Of a stretch of 64,000 bases of DNA, positions 32,089-40,332 are shown piece after piece. Below the pieces are notes generated by a model. The model was not told the origin of the DNA, ran no database searches, and was given only the letters and a program-made list of their open reading frames with translations. Numbering within the stretch: the stretch's first letter is position 1; every line of letters starts with the position of its first letter. This DNA comes from Gemmatimonadales bacterium. GTDB taxonomy: Bacteria > Gemmatimonadota > Gemmatimonadetes > Gemmatimonadales > GWC2-71-9. The stretch lies in the NCBI GenBank assembly GCA_965249575.1, contig OZ252244.1, positions 1-64,000 on the forward strand. Direction: 5' to 3'. Both the position numbers and the translations under genes were made by a program.

Positions 32089-32328
32089 CTACGTGCCGAT
32101 CTTTTCGTGCATGTACTTCATCGCGTCGCCCACCGTCCGGAGCTTCTCCGCTTCTTCGTCGGGGATGTCGATGTCGAACTCCTTCTCGAACGCCATCACG
32201 AGCTCGACGGTGTCGAGGCTATCGGCTCCGAGATCTTCCATGAAGCTGGCATCGTCGGTCAGTTTCTCGCGCTCGACGCCCAGCTCCTCAACGATGATGT
32301 CTCTAACCTTGTCCTCGATGTCGCTCAT
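32089..32328 (-). CDS. acpP: Acyl carrier protein
   Basis: [20 protein letters not shown]. Confidence 0.97.
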   Translation of the reverse strand: MSDIEDKVRDIIVEELGVEREKLTDDASFMEDLGADSLDTVELVMAFEKEFDIDIPDEEAEKLRTVGDAMKYMHEKIGT

Positions 32329-32355
32329 GACCGTCCTCTGGATTGGTGGGGATCG

Positions 32356-33093
32356 TCAAGTAACCATGCCGCCGTCGACCACTAGGATCTGGCCTGTAAT
32401 GTAGCTCGCGAGGTCGGAGGCCAGAAAGAGCACCGCGGACGCCACATCGTCCCGCGTTCCCAGCCGACCCAGTGGGATTTGCTCCAAGAGCGCCGTGCGG
32501 GCCGCATCGGGCGTGGACTGAGTCATATCGGTGTCGATGAATCCCGGCGCGACCGCGTTGACCAGCACGTTGCGGGACGCAAGTTCCTTCGCCACGGCCT
32601 TCGTGAGCCCTATGAGACCAGCCTTTGAGGCGGAGTAGTTCGCCTGCCCGCGGTTGCCCGTGAGACCTACGACACTCGTCACGTTGATGATACGTCCCCA
32701 ACGCCGCTTCATCATCCCCCTTCCCACCACTTTGATGGCGTTGAACGCCCCCTTGAGGTTGACCGCGAGCACCGCGTCCCAGTCCTCTTCGCTCATCCGT
32801 ACCACGACGCCGTCGCGCGTCATCCCCGCATTGTTCACGAGGATGTCGACCGGCCCGAGGGCGCTCTCGACCTTGGCCACCGCGGCGGTGACCTGCTCGG
32901 GATTGGCGACGTCAGCCGAGACGCCAAGCGCCCTGTCACCGAGTCTTCCGGCCACCTCCGCGACACGCGGTTCGGTACGGGCGACGATCCCGACCTTGGC
33001 CCCGGCAGCATGGAGCCGCTCGGCGGTCGCCTGCCCGATGCCGCGCGAGGCGCCGGTGATCATCGCCACCCGACCGCTCAGATCCAGGGTCAC
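32356..33093 (-). CDS. fabG: 3-oxoacyl-ACP reductase
   Basis: TGASRGIG, NNAG.TRD, GQANYSASKAG, PGFIDTDMT. Confidence 0.96.
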   Translation of the reverse strand: MTLDLSGRVAMITGASRGIGQATAERLHAAGAKVGIVARTEPRVAEVAGRLGDRALGVSADVANPEQVTAAVAKVESALGPVDILVNNAGMTRDGVVVRMSEEDWDAVLAVNLKGAFNAIKVVGRGMMKRRWGRIINVTSVVGLTGNRGQANYSASKAGLIGLTKAVAKELASRNVLVNAVAPGFIDTDMTQSTPDAARTALLEQIPLGRLGTRDDVASAVLFLASDLASYITGQILVVDGGMVT

Positions 33094-34025
33094 TCTACAC
33101 CGTCCACGAATCGCGCGACCTCATCCGCCGTCCCGAGACAGACCACGTTTGGGCGGTCGAGAATGCGCCGCACGAGCCCGGAGAGCACAGTGCCAGGACC
33201 GATTTCCACGAACTGCACGTCGCGGCCGCCTACGTCCGCGGCGGCCCGCATGCATTCGACCCACCTCACCGGAGACGTCAGCTGCGCGCCCAGGAGCCGG
33301 CGCGCGGTTGCGGAGTCCCTCACTGGTTTGCCGCTCGCATTTGCGACAACGGGGAAATTCGGCTCGCCGAATCCCACGCACTCCAATGCGGTCCTGAAAC
33401 CCGCCTCCGCGGGCGCCATGAGCGGTGAGTGAAACGCTCCGCTGACCTTGAGGGGGAGGACGCGCTTGGCTCCCTCCAGACGGCATGTCTCGCCTGCTCG
33501 CGCGACCGCGCCGGGATCGCCCGAAATGACCGTTTGGTCTGGTGCGTTGACGTTGGCAGCCACCACCACTTCACCTTCTGCGCTCGCCCGCTCGCAGGCG
33601 GCCACGACCGACTCGCTCGCCAGCCCTAGCACCGCTGACATGGTCCCGGCTCGTGCTGCACCCGCTTCGAGCATCAACTCGCCCCGCCGCCGGACCAGAC
33701 GGGCGGCATCCGCCACCCCGAGCGCTCCGGCGGCGGCGTACGCGCTGTACTCCCCAAGTGAATGGCCGGCCGCGGCCACCGGATCCACCGCGTCCCGGAT
33801 CACCGCCCACACGGCAAGCGAGTGAGCCAGGATCGCTGGCTGTGCGTTGTGCGTGAGCGTCAGGTCGCTCTCGGGCCCCTCCCACATGAGTGACGACACT
33901 CCCGCACCAGTCGCATCGTCTACAGCGTCGAAGGTCTCCTTCGCAATGGAAAAGCGCTCAGCGAGGTCCCGACCCATCCCGACCCGCTGTGCCCCTTGTC
34001 CGGGACACAGCAATACTGCTCTCAC
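33090..34025 (-). CDS. fabD: Malonyl-CoA:ACP transacylase
   Basis: PGQGAQ, AQPA, GHSLGEY, SGAFHS; GTGA overlap with the fabH stop. Confidence 0.95.
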   Translation of the reverse strand: MRAVLLCPGQGAQRVGMGRDLAERFSIAKETFDAVDDATGAGVSSLMWEGPESDLTLTHNAQPAILAHSLAVWAVIRDAVDPVAAAGHSLGEYSAYAAAGALGVADAARLVRRRGELMLEAGAARAGTMSAVLGLASESVVAACERASAEGEVVVAANVNAPDQTVISGDPGAVARAGETCRLEGAKRVLPLKVSGAFHSPLMAPAEAGFRTALECVGFGEPNFPVVANASGKPVRDSATARRLLGAQLTSPVRWVECMRAAADVGGRDVQFVEIGPGTVLSGLVRRILDRPNVVCLGTADEVARFVDGVE

Positions 34026-35011
34026 CACCGAACGACCATACTCGCCCATGTAAAGCCGCCACCGAAGGCGACGAGAAGAACCACCGAGCCCTCACCGATC
34101 CGGCCCGATCGCACGCATTCATCCAGCGCGATGGGAATCGATGCGGCCGACGTGTTTCCATAGCGGTCGATGTTCACGTAGACCTTGTCCATGGACACAC
34201 CCGCGTGCTTGGCTGTCGATTCGATTATCCGAATGTTCGCTTGGTGCGGGATCATGAGATCGACATCGTCGCTGGTCAGGCCCGCGCGGGTCAACGCCTG
34301 GTCTGAGGCATCAGCCATGGAGCGGACTGCAGACTTGAAGACTTCCTTCCCGGCCATACGGACGAAGAACGTGCGTTCCTGCAACATCGCCTCGCTGGGT
34401 GGCTGGTTACCCCCTCCCCCCGGGCGGATTAGGAGGTTCGCGAGCCTCCCATCCGACTTTAGGTAGCTCGAAAGAATCCCGCGAGCGCCGTTCGTCGTCG
34501 CGCGCACGAGCGTCGCTCCAGCCCCGTCCCCAAACAGGATACACGTCGCCCGATCCTGGTAGTCGACGATCGTCGACAGCCGCTCCGCGCCGAGCACCAG
34601 CACGTTCTGGGCGCTTCCGGCGAACACCATCCCCTCAGCCAGGGTGAGTCCGTAGAGAAACCCACTGCACGCCGCCCCGACGTCGAAGGCTGCGGCATTC
34701 GTAGCACCCAGAGCCGCCTGCAAGTCACATGCACTCGATGGCAAGTAGCGATCGGGTGATACCGTCGCGAGGATGATGGTATCCAGCTCGTCGGGGCGCA
34801 CCCCCGCGTCGTCCAACACCTGCAACCCGGCGGCCTTCCCCATGCACGCGAGCGTGTCATCCGGACCGGCGATCCGGCGCTCCCGAATGCCCGTGCGTTC
34901 GAGGATCCACTCGTTGGTCGTATCGACCATGGCCTCGAGATCCGCGTTGGACAAAACCCGCTCGGGCGTGTACCGACCGGTCCCTACGAGCTGGACGATC
35001 GGGCGCTTCAC
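34022..35011 (-). CDS. fabH: 3-oxoacyl-ACP synthase III
   Basis: WILERTGI.ERR, AACSGF, FGDGAGA, HQAN, GNTSAAS, FGGG. Confidence 0.96.
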   Translation of the reverse strand: MKRPIVQLVGTGRYTPERVLSNADLEAMVDTTNEWILERTGIRERRIAGPDDTLACMGKAAGLQVLDDAGVRPDELDTIILATVSPDRYLPSSACDLQAALGATNAAAFDVGAACSGFLYGLTLAEGMVFAGSAQNVLVLGAERLSTIVDYQDRATCILFGDGAGATLVRATTNGARGILSSYLKSDGRLANLLIRPGGGGNQPPSEAMLQERTFFVRMAGKEVFKSAVRSMADASDQALTRAGLTSDDVDLMIPHQANIRIIESTAKHAGVSMDKVYVNIDRYGNTSAASIPIALDECVRSGRIGEGSVVLLVAFGGGFTWASMVVRW

Positions 35012-35997
35012 GCCACCGCCTCGCCCTCGGCAAACTGAGCGCCGATGTGCTGACTCAAACGACTCTCCGTCGCGCGAGCCGCTACGCCAATCGCGTTCCG
35101 AATCGCCCGTGGCGATGACCGCCCATGGCAGATGATGGAGATGCCCCTCACGCCCAGTAGTGGCGCGCCACCGTATTCCGAGTAATCCAGTACTCGAAAC
35201 GCGCGACTCACGCCGGGGCTTTGAACCACCGACGGCTCCATTCCCTTCCCGACGAGCTCCTTGAACAAGTTGGCCACCGACTCGTAAAACTTGAGCAAGA
35301 CGTTGCCCACGAACCCATCACATACCACGACGTCCCAATTCCCGCTCAGGACGTCGCTCCCCTCGACGTTGCCCGCAAACGAGAAATCAGAAGAGCGGGC
35401 CATGAGGGCATAGGCCTCCTTTACGGCGGGGCTGCCTTTCTCCTCCTCCGTCCCCACGTTCAGCAACCCCACCACGGGATCGCGACGTCCTAGAACGGCG
35501 CGCGCGTATACCGCTCCGATCTGGGCGAAACCGTAGAGCTCTCGCGCTCCACAGTTCACGTTCGCACCATTGTCCAGCACCAGCACGGGTTTGGAGACGG
35601 TGGGAAATGCCGTTGCGATGGCCGGCCGGTCGATTCCCGGATGGAGCCCCAACAACAACGTGCTCGCCGCCATCACCGCGCCCGTGTTCCCAGCAGAGAT
35701 GAAGGCGTCCGCCTCGCCTGCCTTCTGCAGCGCGAGGCCCACCACGATGGACGACCGCGGCTTGCCGCGGACCGCACCGAGGGGCTTGTCGTTCATCTCG
35801 ATGACGTCGGGGGCGTCGATCAGGCGCACCTGCGCCGGTACGCCGCCGTGCGAGGCCAGCGCCGATGCGAGAACCTGTTTGCGGCCTACTAAGAGGATTT
35901 CGCTAGCAGAGGGAAGGTCTCGGAGCGCTTCGATAACTCCTTCGACCCGGACTTCCGGGGCGCAATCGCCCCCCATCGCGTCCACCGCGATGCGCAT
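35008..35997 (-). CDS. plsX: Phosphate acyltransferase PlsX
   Basis: IAVDAMGGD, SAGNTGA, LLNVG.E..KG, DGFVGN..LK, HGRS; ATG at 35997. Confidence 0.95.
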   Translation of the reverse strand: MRIAVDAMGGDCAPEVRVEGVIEALRDLPSASEILLVGRKQVLASALASHGGVPAQVRLIDAPDVIEMNDKPLGAVRGKPRSSIVVGLALQKAGEADAFISAGNTGAVMAASTLLLGLHPGIDRPAIATAFPTVSKPVLVLDNGANVNCGARELYGFAQIGAVYARAVLGRRDPVVGLLNVGTEEEKGSPAVKEAYALMARSSDFSFAGNVEGSDVLSGNWDVVVCDGFVGNVLLKFYESVANLFKELVGKGMEPSVVQSPGVSRAFRVLDYSEYGGAPLLGVRGISIICHGRSSPRAIRNAIGVAARATESRLSQHIGAQFAEGEAVA

Positions 35998-36182
35998 CAG
36001 GTGGCGTCCTTTACCTCGACCTGACGCTTCCCAGCGTAATACCCGCAACTGGGACACACCCGATGCGGCCGGCGGGGATCGCCGCAGCGGGGGCATGGTT
36101 GAAGCGCAACGACCGGCGCCTTGTGGTGCGTCCTGCGCTTGCGCTTGCGACTCTTAGAGGTCCTTCGCTTTGGTACCGCCAT
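35997..36182 (-). CDS. rpmF: 50S ribosomal protein L32 (Zn-binding type)
   Basis: [12 protein letters not shown]...CPRCG...[11 protein letters not shown]. Confidence 0.96.
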   Translation of the reverse strand: MAVPKRRTSKSRKRKRRTHHKAPVVALQPCPRCGDPRRPHRVCPSCGYYAGKRQVEVKDAT

Positions 36183-36185
36183 CGA

Positions 36186-36701
36186 CTACCTCGTCTTTTC
36201 AGGCCCCGGATGCCCGAGCTCCTGCAGGGCCGCCCACCGGGCATCCACAGCCGGTTTGCATGCACATCGTCCATGGTTGAGATCTGCTCCGCACCGCGCG
36301 CACATGCCGTGACACCCCTCGTCGCACAGAACAAACCTGGGAACCGCCAGAATCAGCTCTTCGCTAACCGCCTCGGACATGTCCAGCTCCGATGCTCGGG
36401 CGGGAATGGAATAGGCTGCGGGGTCATCCGCGAATTCGTCCTCCGTGAACAGGACGTTCACATCGACGTTCAGCGGCACCGATACGGGAGCAAGACAGCG
36501 CCGGCACGCGGCCTGGATGATCGTCTCAAGCTGACCCCGCCAATAGTACTGCCCAGGTCCCGCCCCCGTCAGACAGCCAGAGACCGCGACATCACGCCCC
36601 AGTTCGAACCCGACTCCTGCGAACAGGGCATCGTCGACCGGGACCGTACCGACAGTCTCGAGGGGACCTTGCTCGAGTGCGTGGAACCCTACTCGCAACA
36701 T
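36186..36701 (-). CDS. yceD: YceD/DUF177 family protein
   Basis: CRRCL, C...C.GMC..CG.DLN, DARWAAL; upstream of rpmF. Confidence 0.88.
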   Translation of the reverse strand: MLRVGFHALEQGPLETVGTVPVDDALFAGVGFELGRDVAVSGCLTGAGPGQYYWRGQLETIIQAACRRCLAPVSVPLNVDVNVLFTEDEFADDPAAYSIPARASELDMSEAVSEELILAVPRFVLCDEGCHGMCARCGADLNHGRCACKPAVDARWAALQELGHPGPEKTR

Positions 36702-36709
36702 AGCCTCTA

Positions 36710-36738
36710 AATATATACCTGACGGTCACTTGGGTCAA
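36710..36738 (-). promoter_or_regulatory. Putative sigma70 promoter of the yceD-rpmF-plsX-fab operon
   Basis: Minus strand TTGACC-N17-TATATT, then 8 nt to the ATG. Confidence 0.6.
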
Positions 36739-36748
36739 TCTGCTCCAG

Positions 36749-37171
36749 CTACTCCCACAGGCCGTATCGGTCGCCTTTGGCGAAGAAGAACGCAGTCTCG
36801 TGGGCGGCGTTGTCCTCCGAGTCCGACGCGTGGATCGCGTTGCGTTCCTTGGATTCCGCATACAGCCGACGCACCGTGCCTTCGGCTGCCTCGGCGGGAT
36901 CCGTGGCGCCGATGACCGTTCGGAGATGCGACACGGCAGCCTCACGCTCGAGAATCATGGGTAGGCAGGGCCCGGATGTCATGAAGTCCACCAGCGACCG
37001 GAAGAACGGGCGCTCGCGGTGGACCGCATAGAACGCCTCCGCCTCACCGCGGCTCAGCCGGGTGAGCCGCGCTGCACGAACGACAAACCCCTCGGCTTCC
37101 AGATGGGCAATGATCTTGCCGATCTTCCCGCTCTGCACGGCATCGGGCTTGAGAATGGCGAGCGTATTCAC
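36749..37171 (-). CDS. ndk: Nucleoside diphosphate kinase
   Basis: [33 protein letters not shown]. Confidence 0.96.
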   Translation of the reverse strand: MNTLAILKPDAVQSGKIGKIIAHLEAEGFVVRAARLTRLSRGEAEAFYAVHRERPFFRSLVDFMTSGPCLPMILEREAAVSHLRTVIGATDPAEAAEGTVRRLYAESKERNAIHASDSEDNAAHETAFFFAKGDRYGLWE

Positions 37172-37189
37172 GTTTCCGTCTGGTTTGAG

Positions 37190-38098
37190 CTAGGGACCAA
37201 ACAGGCGGCGCACGAGGTCGCCGCGTGTGAGCGAGCCTACGAGCACTCCCTCGCGAACTACGGGAAGATAATCGACGTCTTTCTTCACCATCACCGTCGC
37301 GATGTCGGCGAGCGTTTGATCCTCCGAGACGCACAGCACGCTGCGGCTCATGGCCTCGCGCACCACTGCGTCTTCCGGGTGTTGACTGCTCGCCCGGTCG
37401 GCCACCGTTCGTGGCCGAACCCGCACTTCTCCACTGACACGCCGGACGTAACTGGGCAGCACGTGCCGCAACAGCTCGCGATAACTCAGCATGCCGGTCA
37501 CCTCGCCGGTTTCGGAGACGACTGGCAGCGCCGAGATATCATGGGCAATCATAACCCTCGCCGCCTCCGCCAGCGTTGCGTCACCGCGGATGGACCTCAC
37601 AGGCTGCCCCATCAGATCGTGTACGGTGAGCGTCTCGGGCAGCTCGATCTCGGTGAGGGACTTGAGATTCAGTACGTCTTCAGGCGTTTTCGCCGCAATG
37701 AGTCCCTCGGCGATTTCCGATCGGGACATCACACGGCCGAACGCGCCTGCTACCTGCAGGAACGTCCCGACCTCCGGTCGCGGGGCCACGATCATCACAA
37801 CGACCTTCGCCAGGCGGGTGGAGTCGTGCTCTCGTCGCACGGACTCCCGCGACACGCCCAAAGCCACGCCGAGGCGCGACACGGCATCGGTGCGAAAATG
37901 CAAGAGAAACGCCTGCCCGCCAACGCTGACGATTTCCTTGGGAAATGGATCGGCAACGAGGGCTTCGAGCCTGGTAGAATCACGCGCCATGCCAGACCGT
38001 ACCACCGCATCGATGAGCTCGCGGGCAGCCTCCCGCAGCGTGTCCCCACCCAGGGGGACGACAACCCGCTCTCGGTCCAGCAGAGCTCCGAGCTTCAT
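37190..38098 (-). CDS. PTS EIIA-like domain plus CBS-pair protein
   Basis: N-terminal EIIA_2-like fold with His (VGGQAFLLHFR); two C-terminal CBS domains (ISALPVV, YLPVV...GSLTRGD); ATG at 38098 inferred. Confidence 0.72.
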   Translation of the reverse strand: MKLGALLDRERVVVPLGGDTLREAARELIDAVVRSGMARDSTRLEALVADPFPKEIVSVGGQAFLLHFRTDAVSRLGVALGVSRESVRREHDSTRLAKVVVMIVAPRPEVGTFLQVAGAFGRVMSRSEIAEGLIAAKTPEDVLNLKSLTEIELPETLTVHDLMGQPVRSIRGDATLAEAARVMIAHDISALPVVSETGEVTGMLSYRELLRHVLPSYVRRVSGEVRVRPRTVADRASSQHPEDAVVREAMSRSVLCVSEDQTLADIATVMVKKDVDYLPVVREGVLVGSLTRGDLVRRLFGP

Positions 38099-38102
38099 CG
38101 CC

Positions 38103-38975
38103 TCAAAGCCGCTCTCGGAGCTGTGAGACAACGTCCGCCGGGCGTTTCAACACGCCGATACCCGCTCGTTGAAATGCCTCCATCTTCTCGGCGGCCGTTC
38201 CGCTCGAGCCGGAGATGATCGCCCCCGCATGGCCCATGCGCCGCCCGGGCGGGGCCGTTTGGCCGGCAATGAACCCCACGACCGGCTTGGACATCTTGCT
38301 GGCCACATACTCCGCCGCTTGTTGTTCGTCCGTGCCACCGATCTCCCCGATCATGACGACACCTGACGTGTCCGGATCGGATTCGAACGCCGCGAGGCAA
38401 TCGATGAAGTTCGTCCCGATAATCGGATCACCCCCGATGCCGATGCAACTCGATTGACCCAACCCAGCCACAGAGAGCTGATGGACAATCTCGTATGTCA
38501 GCGTGCCGCTCCGGGAAACGACGCCGATCGGTCCCTCCAGGCATATCCGCCCCGGGATGATGCCCACCTTCGAACGACCGGGCGAAATGGCCCCTGGGCA
38601 GTTCGGCCCGATGAGCCGGGCACCCCGTTCTCTGACATACGGCATGACCTGGGTCATATCGAGCACCGGCAAGCCCTCCGTGATACACACGATCAGCGCC
38701 ACCCCCCCCCCGTCCGCCGCCTCGTAGATGGCGTCCACCGCGAAGCGAGCCGGTACATAAATGACCGAGGTGTTGGCGCCAGTCTCTCCTACCGCCTCAG
38801 CGACCGTGTTGAATATGGGAACCTTGTGTTCGAATACCTGTCCGCCCTTGCCCGGCGTGACGCCCGCCACAACAGCGGTTCCGTATTCCAGCATTTGCTT
38901 GGTGTGGAAAGAGCCGTCGCGCCCGGTAATGCCCTGTACGACAAGCTTCGTCTCACGACCGACGAAGATGCTCAC
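38103..38975 (-). CDS. sucD: Succinyl-CoA synthetase alpha subunit
   Basis: [37 protein letters not shown]. Confidence 0.97.
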   Translation of the reverse strand: MSIFVGRETKLVVQGITGRDGSFHTKQMLEYGTAVVAGVTPGKGGQVFEHKVPIFNTVAEAVGETGANTSVIYVPARFAVDAIYEAADGGGVALIVCITEGLPVLDMTQVMPYVRERGARLIGPNCPGAISPGRSKVGIIPGRICLEGPIGVVSRSGTLTYEIVHQLSVAGLGQSSCIGIGGDPIIGTNFIDCLAAFESDPDTSGVVMIGEIGGTDEQQAAEYVASKMSKPVVGFIAGQTAPPGRRMGHAGAIISGSSGTAAEKMEAFQRAGIGVLKRPADVVSQLRERL

Positions 38976-40111
38976 GCCGCCTCCCGCGCGCGATCGACAG
39001 CCTGCTGAACAGCAGCGTCCATGTCCGTGAGAGCGCTGAATCCCGCCTGTTCCAGGATCGAAACTCCCAGCTCTTCATTGGTGCCCGTCAGCCGAATGAC
39101 GATCGGTAAATCGATCGTCATCTGCTTCGTTGCAGTCACGATGCCGTTGGCGACGTCGTCACACCGCGTGATACCGCCGAAGATGTTAAACAAGATGCTC
39201 TTCACCGCGTGATCGCCGGTGATAATAGTTAGCGCTTCCACTACCTTCTGCGGGTTGCTGCTGCCACCGATGTCCAGGAAGTTCGCTGGCTCACCGCCAT
39301 AGAATTTGACGAGATCCATGGTAGCCATCGCGAGTCCCGCACCGTTGACACAGCACCCGACGTTGCCGTCGAGCTTGATGAAGGTGAGTCCCGCCTCGCG
39401 TGCCCGGACTTCCGATGGAGCTTCCGCGGACTGATCTCGAAGCGACGCGATGGCCGGCCGGCGATCGAGCTCGTTGTCATCGACCACGATTTTCGCATCG
39501 AGGGCAACGACTTTTCCATCGGGCGTCACGATGAGCGGGTTGATCTCCGCGAGCGAGCCTCCTGCGCCGACAAAGGCCGAGTAGAGCTGCTGCATGATCG
39601 AGCTGGCTTGGCGAACCTGCGCGAGATCATCGAATAGCTTGAACGCCAATGCTGCGGCCTGATGTTGGAGCAGCCCGTACCGCGGATCGACGGGGAGTCG
39701 AAAGATCTGCTCCGGCGTCTTGGCCGCGACCTCCTCGATGTCAACTCCTCCCGCCGGGCTCACCATCACCACGGGACATTGGGTCGCCCTGTCCACGATG
39801 ACCCCCACGTAACTCTCGGACGCGATCTCCGCCGTGGGAACGACGAGCACGTGCTCGACCACGAGCCCCTTGATCGTCATACCGAGAATCTTCTCGGCAT
39901 GTCGTTTGGCTTCTCCCGCATTGGCCGCGAGCTTCACACCGCCAGCTTTCCCCCGCCCTCCGGCGTGAACCTGTGCCTTGACCACGACACCCCCACCAAG
40001 CCGTGTCGCAATGCGCTCGACCTCTTCGGGCGTTCGGGCAATCCGACCCTCCGGCACCGGTATCCCCGCCGCCTTCAGGAGCTCCCTCGCCTGGTGTTCA
40101 TGCAGGTTCAC
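38972..40111 (-). CDS. sucC: Succinyl-CoA synthetase beta subunit
   Basis: [48 protein letters not shown]. Confidence 0.97.
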   Translation of the reverse strand: MNLHEHQARELLKAAGIPVPEGRIARTPEEVERIATRLGGGVVVKAQVHAGGRGKAGGVKLAANAGEAKRHAEKILGMTIKGLVVEHVLVVPTAEIASESYVGVIVDRATQCPVVMVSPAGGVDIEEVAAKTPEQIFRLPVDPRYGLLQHQAAALAFKLFDDLAQVRQASSIMQQLYSAFVGAGGSLAEINPLIVTPDGKVVALDAKIVVDDNELDRRPAIASLRDQSAEAPSEVRAREAGLTFIKLDGNVGCCVNGAGLAMATMDLVKFYGGEPANFLDIGGSSNPQKVVEALTIITGDHAVKSILFNIFGGITRCDDVANGIVTATKQMTIDLPIVIRLTGTNEELGVSILEQAGFSALTDMDAAVQQAVDRAREAA

Positions 40112-40298
40112 GCTGTTCTACTCCTTGCCGGTTGTCCGGACTCGCCCCTTACCCATCCCGGGTCGAATGGCGTCGAGACAACAGGATTCTCCCGATGCCG
40201 CTGTATGGGAAACGAACTGGACGACAGGATAGATGGGTGCCTCCGGTCAGCGACCGCGCCCGGCGATCTGCCGAGCCCGCCCGCGGGCAGGCGTTGCC

Positions 40299-40327
40299 AA
40301 GCTACCCGCTACTTCGGGAGGGAGCAA
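40299..40327 (-). promoter_or_regulatory. Putative sigma70 promoter giving a ~180-nt 5' leader to sucC
   Basis: Minus strand TTGCTC-N17-TAGCTT just after the upstream stop codon. Confidence 0.5.
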
Positions 40328-40332
40328 GGCAG

